Below are positions 25,091-34,876 of a stretch of 64,000 nt of DNA, piece by piece. The translations under genes were made by a program, and so were the position numbers. The first letter of the stretch is position 1, and each line of letters begins with the position of its first letter. The notes beneath the pieces were generated by a model, which did no database searches, was not told the origin of the DNA, and saw nothing but the letters and a program-made list of their open reading frames with translations. Source of the stretch: Anthoceros angustus (Eukaryota; Plantae; Anthocerotophyta); assembly GCA_010909165.1 (NCBI GenBank), contig MU008166.1, positions 1,550,001-1,614,000 on the forward strand, written 5' to 3'.

Positions 25091-25596
25091 GATTGTTTGA
25101 CATATTTCATCAAAAACACGTTTTTCATAGTCATCTTCTACAAAATCATCTCCATGCCATGACAGATTGCGGAGCAAACATTTCTCACTCTGACGGGTGC
25201 ATAAGCGTTTATCAGGTGTCCAGATGCGGGCCCTTTAACATGAGCGTGCACTACGGCGTTGCTGATCACTCGCTTAACTGATCGTCCCTCCCTACAGAGG
25301 TTGTATCGCCGTGTTCCATTTGAAAAAAGCATTTAGGTGAGCGACTCCTCACAGTCCATCCTGCCATCAGCCGAGCCAGTGTCCGCAGCATACAAGGCTT
25401 TTGTGCACCGAGATACACTTTGCCCTAGCTGCAGCATGCGCTCCATCGGGTCATGGCAGTGTGGACAGTCACTTGTAATTCACGCAAAGGACAACTTGGT
25501 GGTTGAGTGCAGGGATGTAGTCGATTTACTGTGGTGTCAACAGTTAGCAGACCGAGGTGCAGCAGCTGTGCAACAAACCCAGGCTGTGGGCACAGA

Positions 25597-28500
25597 ATGT
25601 CTGGCTGGGGGAACCTCGTCCACAGAGGGTCATTGCCCAGAGCTCTGGTGGATACAGTGTTTTCTGGATCATACACTTGGGTGCATGCGCAGCTGGCTGC
25701 TCTTGATATGCAGATGGGTCGTCGTGCCCTCACTTCCTACTTGACCTTGCCGGATGATCCTGGGCCACGGAGGCCTGCATTGTGCCAATGGAGAGTATCA
25801 GCTGAAGTCATTCTTGAACTATGTCAACAGGGGGAGCTGACTGGGGCCGTCGAGGCTCTGGGAGTCCTGGTGCAGACAGACTTTCCCATTTCCAGTTCCC
25901 TCTTTTATAGTGTGATAAAAGGAGCTAAGAAGGATCTGGTTTTGGGTCGGCGTGTACATGCTCTCACCGTGAAGCAGGGGAACGAGTCGGACACGTTCTT
26001 GTGCAACCACATTCTGCGGATGTATGCTTCTCATGCCAGGTTGCAAGAAGCGATGGATGTGTTCACCATGGTGGCCAAACCAGATGCATTTATGTGGTCT
26101 TCTATAATTTCTGTGCATGTCAAACACGGACAAGCCAAGCAGGCCATACAACTGTATCATCAAATGCGCGGGTCAAGTGTGAAGCCAGATGGCCGTGTGT
26201 TTATAGCAGCCCTGCAGGCTTGTTCAAGGGCAGCAGACTTAAAAACTGGGCAGCAGGTACACGCTGATGTGTTGGCTAGTGGGGTTGAGCCCGATATGTT
26301 TGTGTCTTGTTGCTTGGTCGACATGTATGCAAGGTCTGGTGACTTGGAAGGCGCTCGAAGAGTGTTTGATGGACTTCCTCAGAAGGATGTCGTGACATGG
26401 AATGCCATGATATCGGGGTACTCTCAGAAGGGCTTGGGTCAGGAGGCTCTTCATCTTCACGGTGCAATGGTGGAAGAAGGCATTGCTGCACCAGATGGTG
26501 TGACATTTGCATGCCTGCTGCAGGCATGTGCAAGTGTGGGTACCGCAGCTATGGAGAAGGGAAGGCAGCTTCATAAGCAAGTTGCAGATAAAGGACTTGA
26601 GCTTAATGCTGTTGTAGGCTGCAGCCTGGTAAATATGTATGCAAAGTGTGGTAGCCTACAGGATGCTCAGAGCGTGTTTGACAGGCTTCCTCAAAAGACT
26701 GTGGTGACATGGACCGCAATGATAATAGGCTATTCTCAGAACGGCATGAGTGAGGAAGCCCTTCATCTTCACAGTGCGATGGAACAAGAAGGCATCTCAT
26801 TACCAGATGCTTTGACATTTGTGTGCCTCCTGCAGGCGTGTGCAACAGTAGGTACCAAGGCATTGGAAAAGGGAAAGCAGTTACATTCACAGATCAAGGA
26901 ACAGGGGCTTCAAACATCATTGTTTGTATCCAATGCCTTGATAAACATGTACGGAAAGTGTGGCAGCCTGGAGGATGCGCAAACCCTGTTTGATGGACTT
27001 GGTCAAAAAGATGTTACGACTTGGACAAGTCTGATATCTGGCTATGCCCAACGTGACATGGGTCAGGAAGCACTTCATGTCTACAGTGCTATGCAAGAAG
27101 AAGGCACAACGGTCCCCTCCCCTATGACTTTTGTGTGGCTCCTGCAGGCATGTGCATGTGTGGGTACCCTGGCTTTAGAGAAGGGGAAGCAGCTGCATTC
27201 ACAGATTAAAGAACAACGGCTTGAAGCTGATATGCTTGTCGTTAACAATCTGTTAAACATGTATGCAAAGTGTGGCAGCCTGGAGGATGCCCAGAGCATA
27301 TTTGATGGAATTGCTCAAAGGGATGTAGTGACATGGACAACAATGATAGCATGCTATACCCGGCAGGGCAGGGGTCAGGAAGCTCTTGATCTCTACAGTT
27401 CCATGCAACAAGAAAACATTGCTCCGCCTGACTCTCTCACGTTTGTGTGCCTCCTGCAAGCATGTGCAAGTGTGGGTAAGCCAGCTCTGGAGAAGGGGAG
27501 GCAACTTCATGCACAGCTTCAAGGAGTCAAGGTTGAACGGGCTGTAGGTTGCAGCCTGGTACACATGTACGCAAAGTGTGGTAGCCTAGAGGATGCTCAG
27601 GGTGTGTTTGACGGTCTCAATCAGAAAGATGTAGTCACATGGACCGCTCTGATAGCTGGATATTCTCAGCAGGGCATGGGTCAGGAAGCACTTCAAGTGT
27701 ACACGGCTATGCAAAAAGAAGACTGTGCTGCACCTGACTCTGTGACATTTGTGTGCCTTCTGCAGGCATGTGCAAGTGTGGGTGCCCCAGCCCTTGAGAC
27801 GGGGAAGCAACTGCACGTGCAGATTGAAGAACATGGGTTTCTGGCTGATATGTTTGTTGCCAACAGTTTGGTTAACATGTATGCAAAGTGTGGCAGCCCA
27901 CATGATGCCCAGAACGTGTTTGAACGACTTGTTGCAAAAGATGTTGTAACGTGGAATGCTTTGATAGGAGGATATTCCGAGCAGGGGATGGCTCAGGACG
28001 CCTTTTGTCTTTACAGTGCGATGCAACGAGAAAGCAAGGTCCGACCTAATTCTGTCACATTTGTATGCTTGCTGCAAGCATGTGCAGTTGTGGGAGCTTT
28101 GCATGCCGGAAGGTTGCTTCATTCACAGATAAAAGCACAAGGGTTGCAGGATGATTCAACTGTTAGCAAATCTTTGATAAACATGTATGCAAAAGCTGGA
28201 AGCATGGTTGATGCACAGCAGGTGTTTGACACCTTGCCCGAACGAGATATCATCGCCTGGAATGCGCTAATTGCAGGATACACCCGTCAAGGGGACAGTG
28301 AACTGGTCTTTGACTTGATTCACAGAATGAGAGAAGATGGCATACAGCCAGACGGCGTCACATTCTTAAGTGTAATGGCCGTATGCAGTCATGCGGGTCT
28401 AGTAGACACGGGACAAAAGTACTTCGAGGATATGAGCAGACAGTATGGCATCACTCCCACTCCTAAGCACTACTCATGCATGGTAGATCTGCTGGGTCGT

Positions 28501-28944
28501 GCAGGGCACCTTGACAAGGCGCTAGCGATGGCAAGGACAATGCCTGTGCAGCCTCATGACGCGGTTTGGCACGCTTTATTGGGTGCTTGTCAGAAGTGGA
28601 GCAACGTGGATGTGGGACGCCATGCCTTCCATGAAGCAGTGAAGGTGGACGAAAAGGATCCAGCAGCTTATGTATTGATGGCGAACATATATACTAGTGC
28701 CCAAATGTGGGAGGAGGCAGAGGAGATGCACTTGAGGAGAAATGGGATCGGGGCTTGGAAGCAACCAGGCCAGAGCTGGTGGACAGACATGGAGGGACTG
28801 GTGCATACTTTTGCGGTAGGCGATAGCAAGCATCCCGAGACCGACGGCATATATGCAAGGCTGAAACAGCTGGTTCCTAAGATAATGAAAGAAGGGTATG
28901 CGCCACATCTATCGTGGGACATACAGCATGAGGTCGTATTATGA
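25597..28944 (+). CDS. PLS-class PPR organellar RNA-editing factor: 26 PPR motifs, E1-E2, WW-type PG box, truncated DYW (E+)
   Basis: Architecture L-S-(P-L-S)x7-P2-L2-S2. E1 is VWHALLGACQKWSNV and E2 is AAYVLMANIY, followed by KQPGQSWWTDMEGLVHTFAVGD...EGYAP and a stop. There is no HxE/CxxC. The start ATG was chosen by homology to the neighbour's N-terminus. Confidence 0.93.
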   Translation: MSGWGNLVHRGSLPRALVDTVFSGSYTWVHAQLAALDMQMGRRALTSYLTLPDDPGPRRPALCQWRVSAEVILELCQQGELTGAVEALGVLVQTDFPISSSLFYSVIKGAKKDLVLGRRVHALTVKQGNESDTFLCNHILRMYASHARLQEAMDVFTMVAKPDAFMWSSIISVHVKHGQAKQAIQLYHQMRGSSVKPDGRVFIAALQACSRAADLKTGQQVHADVLASGVEPDMFVSCCLVDMYARSGDLEGARRVFDGLPQKDVVTWNAMISGYSQKGLGQEALHLHGAMVEEGIAAPDGVTFACLLQACASVGTAAMEKGRQLHKQVADKGLELNAVVGCSLVNMYAKCGSLQDAQSVFDRLPQKTVVTWTAMIIGYSQNGMSEEALHLHSAMEQEGISLPDALTFVCLLQACATVGTKALEKGKQLHSQIKEQGLQTSLFVSNALINMYGKCGSLEDAQTLFDGLGQKDVTTWTSLISGYAQRDMGQEALHVYSAMQEEGTTVPSPMTFVWLLQACACVGTLALEKGKQLHSQIKEQRLEADMLVVNNLLNMYAKCGSLEDAQSIFDGIAQRDVVTWTTMIACYTRQGRGQEALDLYSSMQQENIAPPDSLTFVCLLQACASVGKPALEKGRQLHAQLQGVKVERAVGCSLVHMYAKCGSLEDAQGVFDGLNQKDVVTWTALIAGYSQQGMGQEALQVYTAMQKEDCAAPDSVTFVCLLQACASVGAPALETGKQLHVQIEEHGFLADMFVANSLVNMYAKCGSPHDAQNVFERLVAKDVVTWNALIGGYSEQGMAQDAFCLYSAMQRESKVRPNSVTFVCLLQACAVVGALHAGRLLHSQIKAQGLQDDSTVSKSLINMYAKAGSMVDAQQVFDTLPERDIIAWNALIAGYTRQGDSELVFDLIHRMREDGIQPDGVTFLSVMAVCSHAGLVDTGQKYFEDMSRQYGITPTPKHYSCMVDLLGRAGHLDKALAMARTMPVQPHDAVWHALLGACQKWSNVDVGRHAFHEAVKVDEKDPAAYVLMANIYTSAQMWEEAEEMHLRRNGIGAWKQPGQSWWTDMEGLVHTFAVGDSKHPETDGIYARLKQLVPKIMKEGYAPHLSWDIQHEVVL

Positions 28945-29214
28945 GGTAGACAAGTCATGGGTTCACTGTCGTTCATAGGATCCATACTCTTATCAATCTC
29001 AATTCGCACGGAAGGTCGTCTCCTACCTCGCAGCTTGTTTTTCAGTGCACAGAAATCTAGCACTGATTCAGGAAAGTTTAACCTCAATTCCCAAAGCATA
29101 TCATCTCCTCCGTTGCAGCTTGTGTTTCAATTCTCAACGATGTAGGCAGTAGCAAAGACCCATCACGATTATGAGCGAGGCCCACATGAAGAACTGCTCA
29201 GGCTGTCGCACAGC

Positions 29215-32200
29215 ATGTCTGGCAGAGGGAAAAGCGTCGACAAAGGGTTGTCGCCCAGAGCTCTGGTGTCCACACTGTTTTCGGGATCACACACCTGGCT
29301 GGCTGTTGATATCCAGATGGGTCGTCGTGCTCCTGCATCGTACTGGAGCCTGCGGGATGATACTGACTCTGTCGGGACTGCAGCATACGGAAGGGCCGTG
29401 ACGGCTGAAACCGTCATGGAACTTTGTCAGGAGGGGCAGCTGAATGAGGCCGTTGAGGCTTTGGGCGTTCTGGTGCAGACACAATGTCCTATTTCCCAGT
29501 CTCTCCTTTACACTGTTTTGAGAAAATGTGTGGTCAAGAGGGATCTGGTTCTGGGTCGCCGTGTTCATGCTCTCAACTTGAAGCAGGGGTATGAGTCGGA
29601 CACGTTCTTGTGCAATCACATTCTTCGTATGTATGCTTCACATGCCAGGTTGAAAGAAGCGATGGATGTGTTCACCGTAGTTTCCACGCCAGATGCCTTC
29701 ATGTGGTCTTCCATAATCTCCAGTTATGTTAAACACGGACAGGCTAAGAAGGCCATACAACTGTATCATGAGATGCGCAGGTCAAGGGTGAAACCAGATG
29801 GTCATGTGTTTGTCGCATCCCTACAGGCTTGTGCAAGGGCAGCAGACTTGAAAACTGGACAGCAGGTGCATGCTGATGTGTTGGCCGGTGGGCTTGAGAC
29901 TGATTTGTTTGTTGGGAGCTGTTTAGTTGACATGTATGCTAAGTGTGGTAGCTTGGAAGGCGCACATAGAGTCTTTGACGGACTTGGTCAGAAGGATGTA
30001 GTGACATGGAATGCCATAATCTCAGGCTATTCCCAGCAGGGCATGGGTCAGAAAGCCCTTGACCTTTACCGTGCTATGCAACAAGAAGGATTTGCTGCAC
30101 CTGATTCTGTGACGTTTGCTTGCCTCCTGCAGGCATGTGCAAGTGTGGGTATTCCGGCTATGGAGACAGGAAAGCAGCTTCATCGACAGATCAAAGAAAA
30201 AGGCATCAAAGTTGACGCGGTTGTTGGTTGCAGCCTTGTGAACATGTATGCAAAGTGTGGCAGCCTACAGGATGCTCAGATCGTGTTTGATGGACTTGGT
30301 GAAAAGGATGTGGTTACATGGAATGCCATGTTAGCAGGATATTCCCAGCAGGGCATGGGTCGGGAAGCCTTTCGTGTTTACAATGCCATGCAAGAAGAAG
30401 GCATCACTGCACCTGATTCTGTGACATTTGGTTGCCTCCTTCAGGCATGTGCAAGCATTGGGCATTCAGCATTGGAAACGGGGAAGCAGCTGCATGAACA
30501 GATTGGAGAACAAGGACTTCAAGCTGATGTGAGCTTAAGCAACAATCTGATAAATATGTATGCAAAGTGTGGCAGCTTAGAGGATGCTCAGAGCGTATTT
30601 GATGCGCTAAGTCAAAAAGATGTTGTGACTTGGACTGCTCTGATAGGAGGATATACTCAGCAGGGCATGGGTCAGGAAGCCCTTCATCTTTACAGTATTA
30701 TGCAAGAGGAAGGCATTGCAGCATCTGACTCTGTTACACTTATGTGCCTCCTACAGGCGTGTGCAATTGTGGGTACTACAGCTTTGGAGACGGGGAAGCA
30801 GCTTCATGCTGAGATTAAAGAACGTGGACTTCAGGTCGATGCGGCTGTGGGTGACAGGCTGGTAAACATGTACGCAAAGTGTGGCAGCATGCAGGATGCC
30901 CAGAGTGTGTTTGATGAACTTGATAAGAAGGATCTCGTGACATGGAATTCCATGATAGCAGGTTATGCCCAGCAATGCATGGGTCAGGAAGCCCTTAGTG
31001 TTTACAGTGTCATGAAAGAAGGAGGCACCTCTGCACCCGATGCTGTGACATTTGTTCGTCTCCTCCAGGCATGTACAAGTATGGGTGCCCCGTCTTTGGA
31101 GATGGGGAAGCAGGTTCATGCCGAGATTGAAGAACAGGGGCTTCAGGCCGATGTGTTTATAGGTTGCAGCCTGATCAACATGTATGTGAAGTGTGGCAAC
31201 CTACTAGGTGCCCAGAGCGTGTTTGATGGACTTGTTCACAAAGATGTGGTGATATGGAATGTTATGCTGTTAGGCTATTCCCAGCAGGGCATGGGCCAGG
31301 AAGCTCTCCATCTCTACAGTGCTATGCAAGAAGAAGGCTCCACTGTGCCAGATTCAGTGACATTTGTGTGCCTCTTGCAGGCGTGTGCAAGTGTGGGTTC
31401 CCAGGCTCTGGAGATGGGTAAGCAGATTCATGATCAGATTAGAGAACAAGGGCTCCAAGTGGATGAGTTCGTGACCAACAGTTTGATAAACATGTATGCA
31501 AAATGTGGCAGCCTTGAGGATGCTCAGAGCTTGTTTGACGGACTCACAAAGAAAGATGTGGTGACATGGAATGCCATGATATCAGGATACTCCCAGCAGG
31601 GCAAGGGTCAGGAAGCTCTTGATCTCTACGATGCTATGCAAGAACAAGGCATCTCCTCACCTAATTCTGTAACATTTGTGTGCCTTCTTCAGGCCTGTGC
31701 AGGTGTGGCAGCTCTGCGTGCTGGAAGGCAGCTTCATGCAGTGATTGAACAACACGGGCTGCAAACGGATTTGACTGTAGCCAACAGTTTGATGAATATG
31801 TATGCAAAAGCCGGCAGCATGGTGGATGCACAGAAGGTGTTTAATGCATTGCCCGAACGAGATGATGTTGCCTGGAATGCACTGATTGCAGGATACACTC
31901 GTCAGGGAGAAACAGAAGTGGTCTTTAACTTGGTCAACAGAATGAAAGAGGATGGCATACAGCCAAATGGCGTCACCTTTCTTAGTGTGCTAACAGTGTG
32001 CAGTCATGGTGGTCTAGTGAGCAAGGGGCAAGAGTACTTTGAGATTATGTGCAGAGACTCTAACATAACTCCTACTGCGGAACACTATGCATGCATGGTG
32101 GATTTGCTGGGTCGTGCGGGCCAACTGGACGAGGCACTAGTTTTGGCAAGCACAATGCCTGTGGAGCCTATTGACGCAGTTTGGCACACTCTACTGGGTG

Positions 32201-32532
32201 CTTGCCGGAAGTGGAGAAACGTGGAGGTGGGACGCTATGCATTCAATGAAGCAATGAAGATAGACCAAAAGGATGCTGCAGCATATGTGTCAATGTCCAA
32301 CATATATACTGGTGCCCAGATGTGGGAAGAGGCACATGAGATGCAGGAGAGGAGAAAAAGCATCGGGGCGTGGAAGCAGCCAGGCCGGAGCTGGTGGACA
32401 GACATGGACGGATTGGTCCATAATTTTGTGGTTGGGGATAGAAAGCATTCTGAGAGTGACGAAATATATGCGGGTCTGAAGCAGCTGCTTCCCAAGATGA
32501 TGAAAGAAGGATATCTCCCACAATCGGAGTAG
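29215..32532 (+). CDS. PLS-class PPR organellar RNA-editing factor: 26 PPR motifs, E1-E2, WW-type PG box, truncated DYW (E+)
   Basis: Same architecture as the upstream paralog. It contains GACRKWRNV and KQPGRSWWTDMDGLVHNFVVGD...EGYLPQSE*. Confidence 0.94.
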   Translation: MSGRGKSVDKGLSPRALVSTLFSGSHTWLAVDIQMGRRAPASYWSLRDDTDSVGTAAYGRAVTAETVMELCQEGQLNEAVEALGVLVQTQCPISQSLLYTVLRKCVVKRDLVLGRRVHALNLKQGYESDTFLCNHILRMYASHARLKEAMDVFTVVSTPDAFMWSSIISSYVKHGQAKKAIQLYHEMRRSRVKPDGHVFVASLQACARAADLKTGQQVHADVLAGGLETDLFVGSCLVDMYAKCGSLEGAHRVFDGLGQKDVVTWNAIISGYSQQGMGQKALDLYRAMQQEGFAAPDSVTFACLLQACASVGIPAMETGKQLHRQIKEKGIKVDAVVGCSLVNMYAKCGSLQDAQIVFDGLGEKDVVTWNAMLAGYSQQGMGREAFRVYNAMQEEGITAPDSVTFGCLLQACASIGHSALETGKQLHEQIGEQGLQADVSLSNNLINMYAKCGSLEDAQSVFDALSQKDVVTWTALIGGYTQQGMGQEALHLYSIMQEEGIAASDSVTLMCLLQACAIVGTTALETGKQLHAEIKERGLQVDAAVGDRLVNMYAKCGSMQDAQSVFDELDKKDLVTWNSMIAGYAQQCMGQEALSVYSVMKEGGTSAPDAVTFVRLLQACTSMGAPSLEMGKQVHAEIEEQGLQADVFIGCSLINMYVKCGNLLGAQSVFDGLVHKDVVIWNVMLLGYSQQGMGQEALHLYSAMQEEGSTVPDSVTFVCLLQACASVGSQALEMGKQIHDQIREQGLQVDEFVTNSLINMYAKCGSLEDAQSLFDGLTKKDVVTWNAMISGYSQQGKGQEALDLYDAMQEQGISSPNSVTFVCLLQACAGVAALRAGRQLHAVIEQHGLQTDLTVANSLMNMYAKAGSMVDAQKVFNALPERDDVAWNALIAGYTRQGETEVVFNLVNRMKEDGIQPNGVTFLSVLTVCSHGGLVSKGQEYFEIMCRDSNITPTAEHYACMVDLLGRAGQLDEALVLASTMPVEPIDAVWHTLLGACRKWRNVEVGRYAFNEAMKIDQKDAAAYVSMSNIYTGAQMWEEAHEMQERRKSIGAWKQPGRSWWTDMDGLVHNFVVGDRKHSESDEIYAGLKQLLPKMMKEGYLPQSE

Positions 32533-32959
32533 ACGGCAGCACCTACTAGTTGACTAAGCGACACTGCACGCTTTGTGACAAAATCTCTCGAAAGCGGGAG
32601 CTGCCTTGAAATCGCTGGTTCCATACAGTACGGGGTCTAAGACCAAGGTGTAAGACACGGTTCTGGGGCGCCTGCTCATCCTGTCATGATGTGAAACGCG
32701 GGTGCAAGGGTCGGAGATGGGCAAGCAAGGAAGCGAACGTCATGCCTTGTGCAATTGAAATTTGGACATGCTATGGATCGCTAAGATGAAGGATTTAGCC
32801 CTTCCTGTGTTAAGGCCGATGTCCTTGAAATGCAGTTCGTCATGAATTGGAATTAGGAGAAAAGGAAATGTCTGGCCGGAGAAAGATTTTCCATAGAAGG
32901 TCGTCGGCAGCAGCGTAACAGGGCATATAGCATTTGCTGGTCCGTATGAAAGGGTTGTT

Positions 32960-34520
32960 ACAATAGTAGCATATTCCCAGCAAGCCATGGGTGAGGAAGC
33001 CCTGCATGTATACAGGGTGATGCAAGAAGAAGGCATTGCTGCGCCCAACTGTGTGAGATTTGTGTGCCTCCTGCAGGCATGTGCTACTGTGGGTATTCCT
33101 GGCTTTGGAGAAGGGGGAGCAGATTCATGCACATATTCGAGGACAAGGACTTCAAGTTGATGTAGCTGTAAGCAACAATATTATACATATGTATACGAAG
33201 TGTGGCAGCCTAGATGATGCCCAGAGTGTGTTCGATGGACTTTGTTCAAGAAGATGCAGTGACATGGACTGCTCTTATAGCGGGATATTCCCAGCAGGAC
33301 ATGGGTCAGAAAGCGCTTGATCTGTACAGTGCTATGGAAGAGGAAGGTATCACTACACCGGATTCCATTACATTTGTCTGTCTCCTGCAGGCATGCGCAA
33401 GTTTGGGTAACCCAGCTTTGGAGAAAGGTAAGCAGCTCCATGCACGAATTGGAAAACAGGGACTTCAGATTGATACAGTTGTAGGTTGCAGCCTGGTGAT
33501 TTGGTTGTAGGTTGTAGCCTGGTAAACATGTATGCAAAATGTGGCAGCCTACAGGATGCTCAGAGTGTGTTTGATGGACTTGGTGAGAAAGATGTGGTGA
33601 CATGGAATGCCATGATCGCAGGATACTCCCATCAGGGCATGGGTCAGGAATCCCTTCATCTACATATCAGTATGCACGAAGGCGGCATTGTTGACCCAAA
33701 TGCTGGGACATTCGTGTGTCTCCTACAGGCATGTGCAAGCATGGGGATTCCAGCGTTGTAGAAGGGGAAGCAACTTCATGCCCGGATCGAAGAAAAAGGG
33801 CTGCAAGCTGATGGGATTGTGGCCAACAGCTTGATGAACATGTATACAAGCTGTGACAGCCTAGAGGATGCGTAGAGGTTGTTTGACGGACTTGGTGAAA
33901 AAGATGTGGTGACGTGGAATACACTGATAGCAGGAGACTCCCGGCATGGCATGGGTCAGGAAGCTCTGCGTCTTTTTAGTGCCATTCTGCAATACGACAT
34001 TGTTGCACTTGATTCTGTGACAATTGTGTGTCTATTGCAAGCGTGTGCAAGTGTAGGTAACCTAGCTTTGGAAAAGGGGAAGCAGCTTCGTGCACAGATA
34101 GAAGAACAAGGGCTTCACGCTGACATGTTTGTAGCCAACAGTTTGATGAACGTGTATGCGACGTGTGGCAGCCTACAACATGCTCAGAGCTTGTTTGATG
34201 CACAGCAGGTGTTTAGTGGACTTTATCAAAACGATGTGGTGATCTGGAATGCCATGATAGCCAGATGTTCCCAGCAGGGCAGAGGTCAGGAAGCCCTTCA
34301 TCTTTACAGTGCTATGGAAAAAGAAGGCACCGTGGTACCTGATTCTGTGACATTTGTGTGCCTCTTGCAAGCATGTGCAAGTATAGGCACCGCGGCTTTA
34401 GAGAAGGGGAAGCACCTTCATGCTCACATCCGAGAACAAAACGGAAGGCGGATGTGGTTCTGGGTTGCAGCCTGGTGAACATGTATGCAAAGTGTGGCAG
34501 CCTACAACATGCTCAGATGG
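32960..34520 (+). pseudogene. PLS-PPR pseudogene (about five internal PLS triplets, no N- or C-terminus)
   Basis: Repeated MYAKCGSL.DAQ.VFDGL..KDVVTWNA and FVCLLQACAS motifs are split across several frames, with stops (e.g. tag at ~33759 and ~33873). Confidence 0.88.
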
Positions 34521-34876
34521 TCTACCATAGGTGAAAGGAGTGGAAAGCGCTCGTTGGAGGAAAGCTCTTGCACTTTCTCCTTCATTTCCTCCTTGAACAT
34601 AACCTGTTGGTGCACACTCCCAGTGGTAATGCGTATATTGTCATAAAACTTTTTGGTTACCCGGTGTTTCGTCGCTCTGAACCTTCTAGTTCAATTTTTG
34701 TAGCTGTGCAAATCATCAAGTATTAATGTCGCTTAAACCATGCATCAACCCAAGATCCGGCTTGGTCTACCATTGTTGAAAGGAGTGGAAAGTGCTCGTT
34801 GGAGGAAAGCTCTTGCACTTTCTCCTTCATTTCCTCTTTGAACATAATTTGTTGGCACACACTCTTAGTGGTAATG
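34519..34876. repeat. ~113-bp direct repeat pair that truncates the PPR pseudogene
   Basis: ggtctaccat...gaaaggagtggaaag...agtggtaatg at 34519-34632 and 34764-34876. Confidence 0.8.

Noticed and set aside
25507-25596. N-terminal extension of the first PPR in the ORF track
   Set aside because: It starts at GTG. The ATG at 25597 aligns with the paralog's start.
28945-29214. Frameshifted DYW deaminase after the first PPR
   Set aside because: No HxE(x)nCxxC motif or DYW-like terminus in the frames read. The same holds after 32532.
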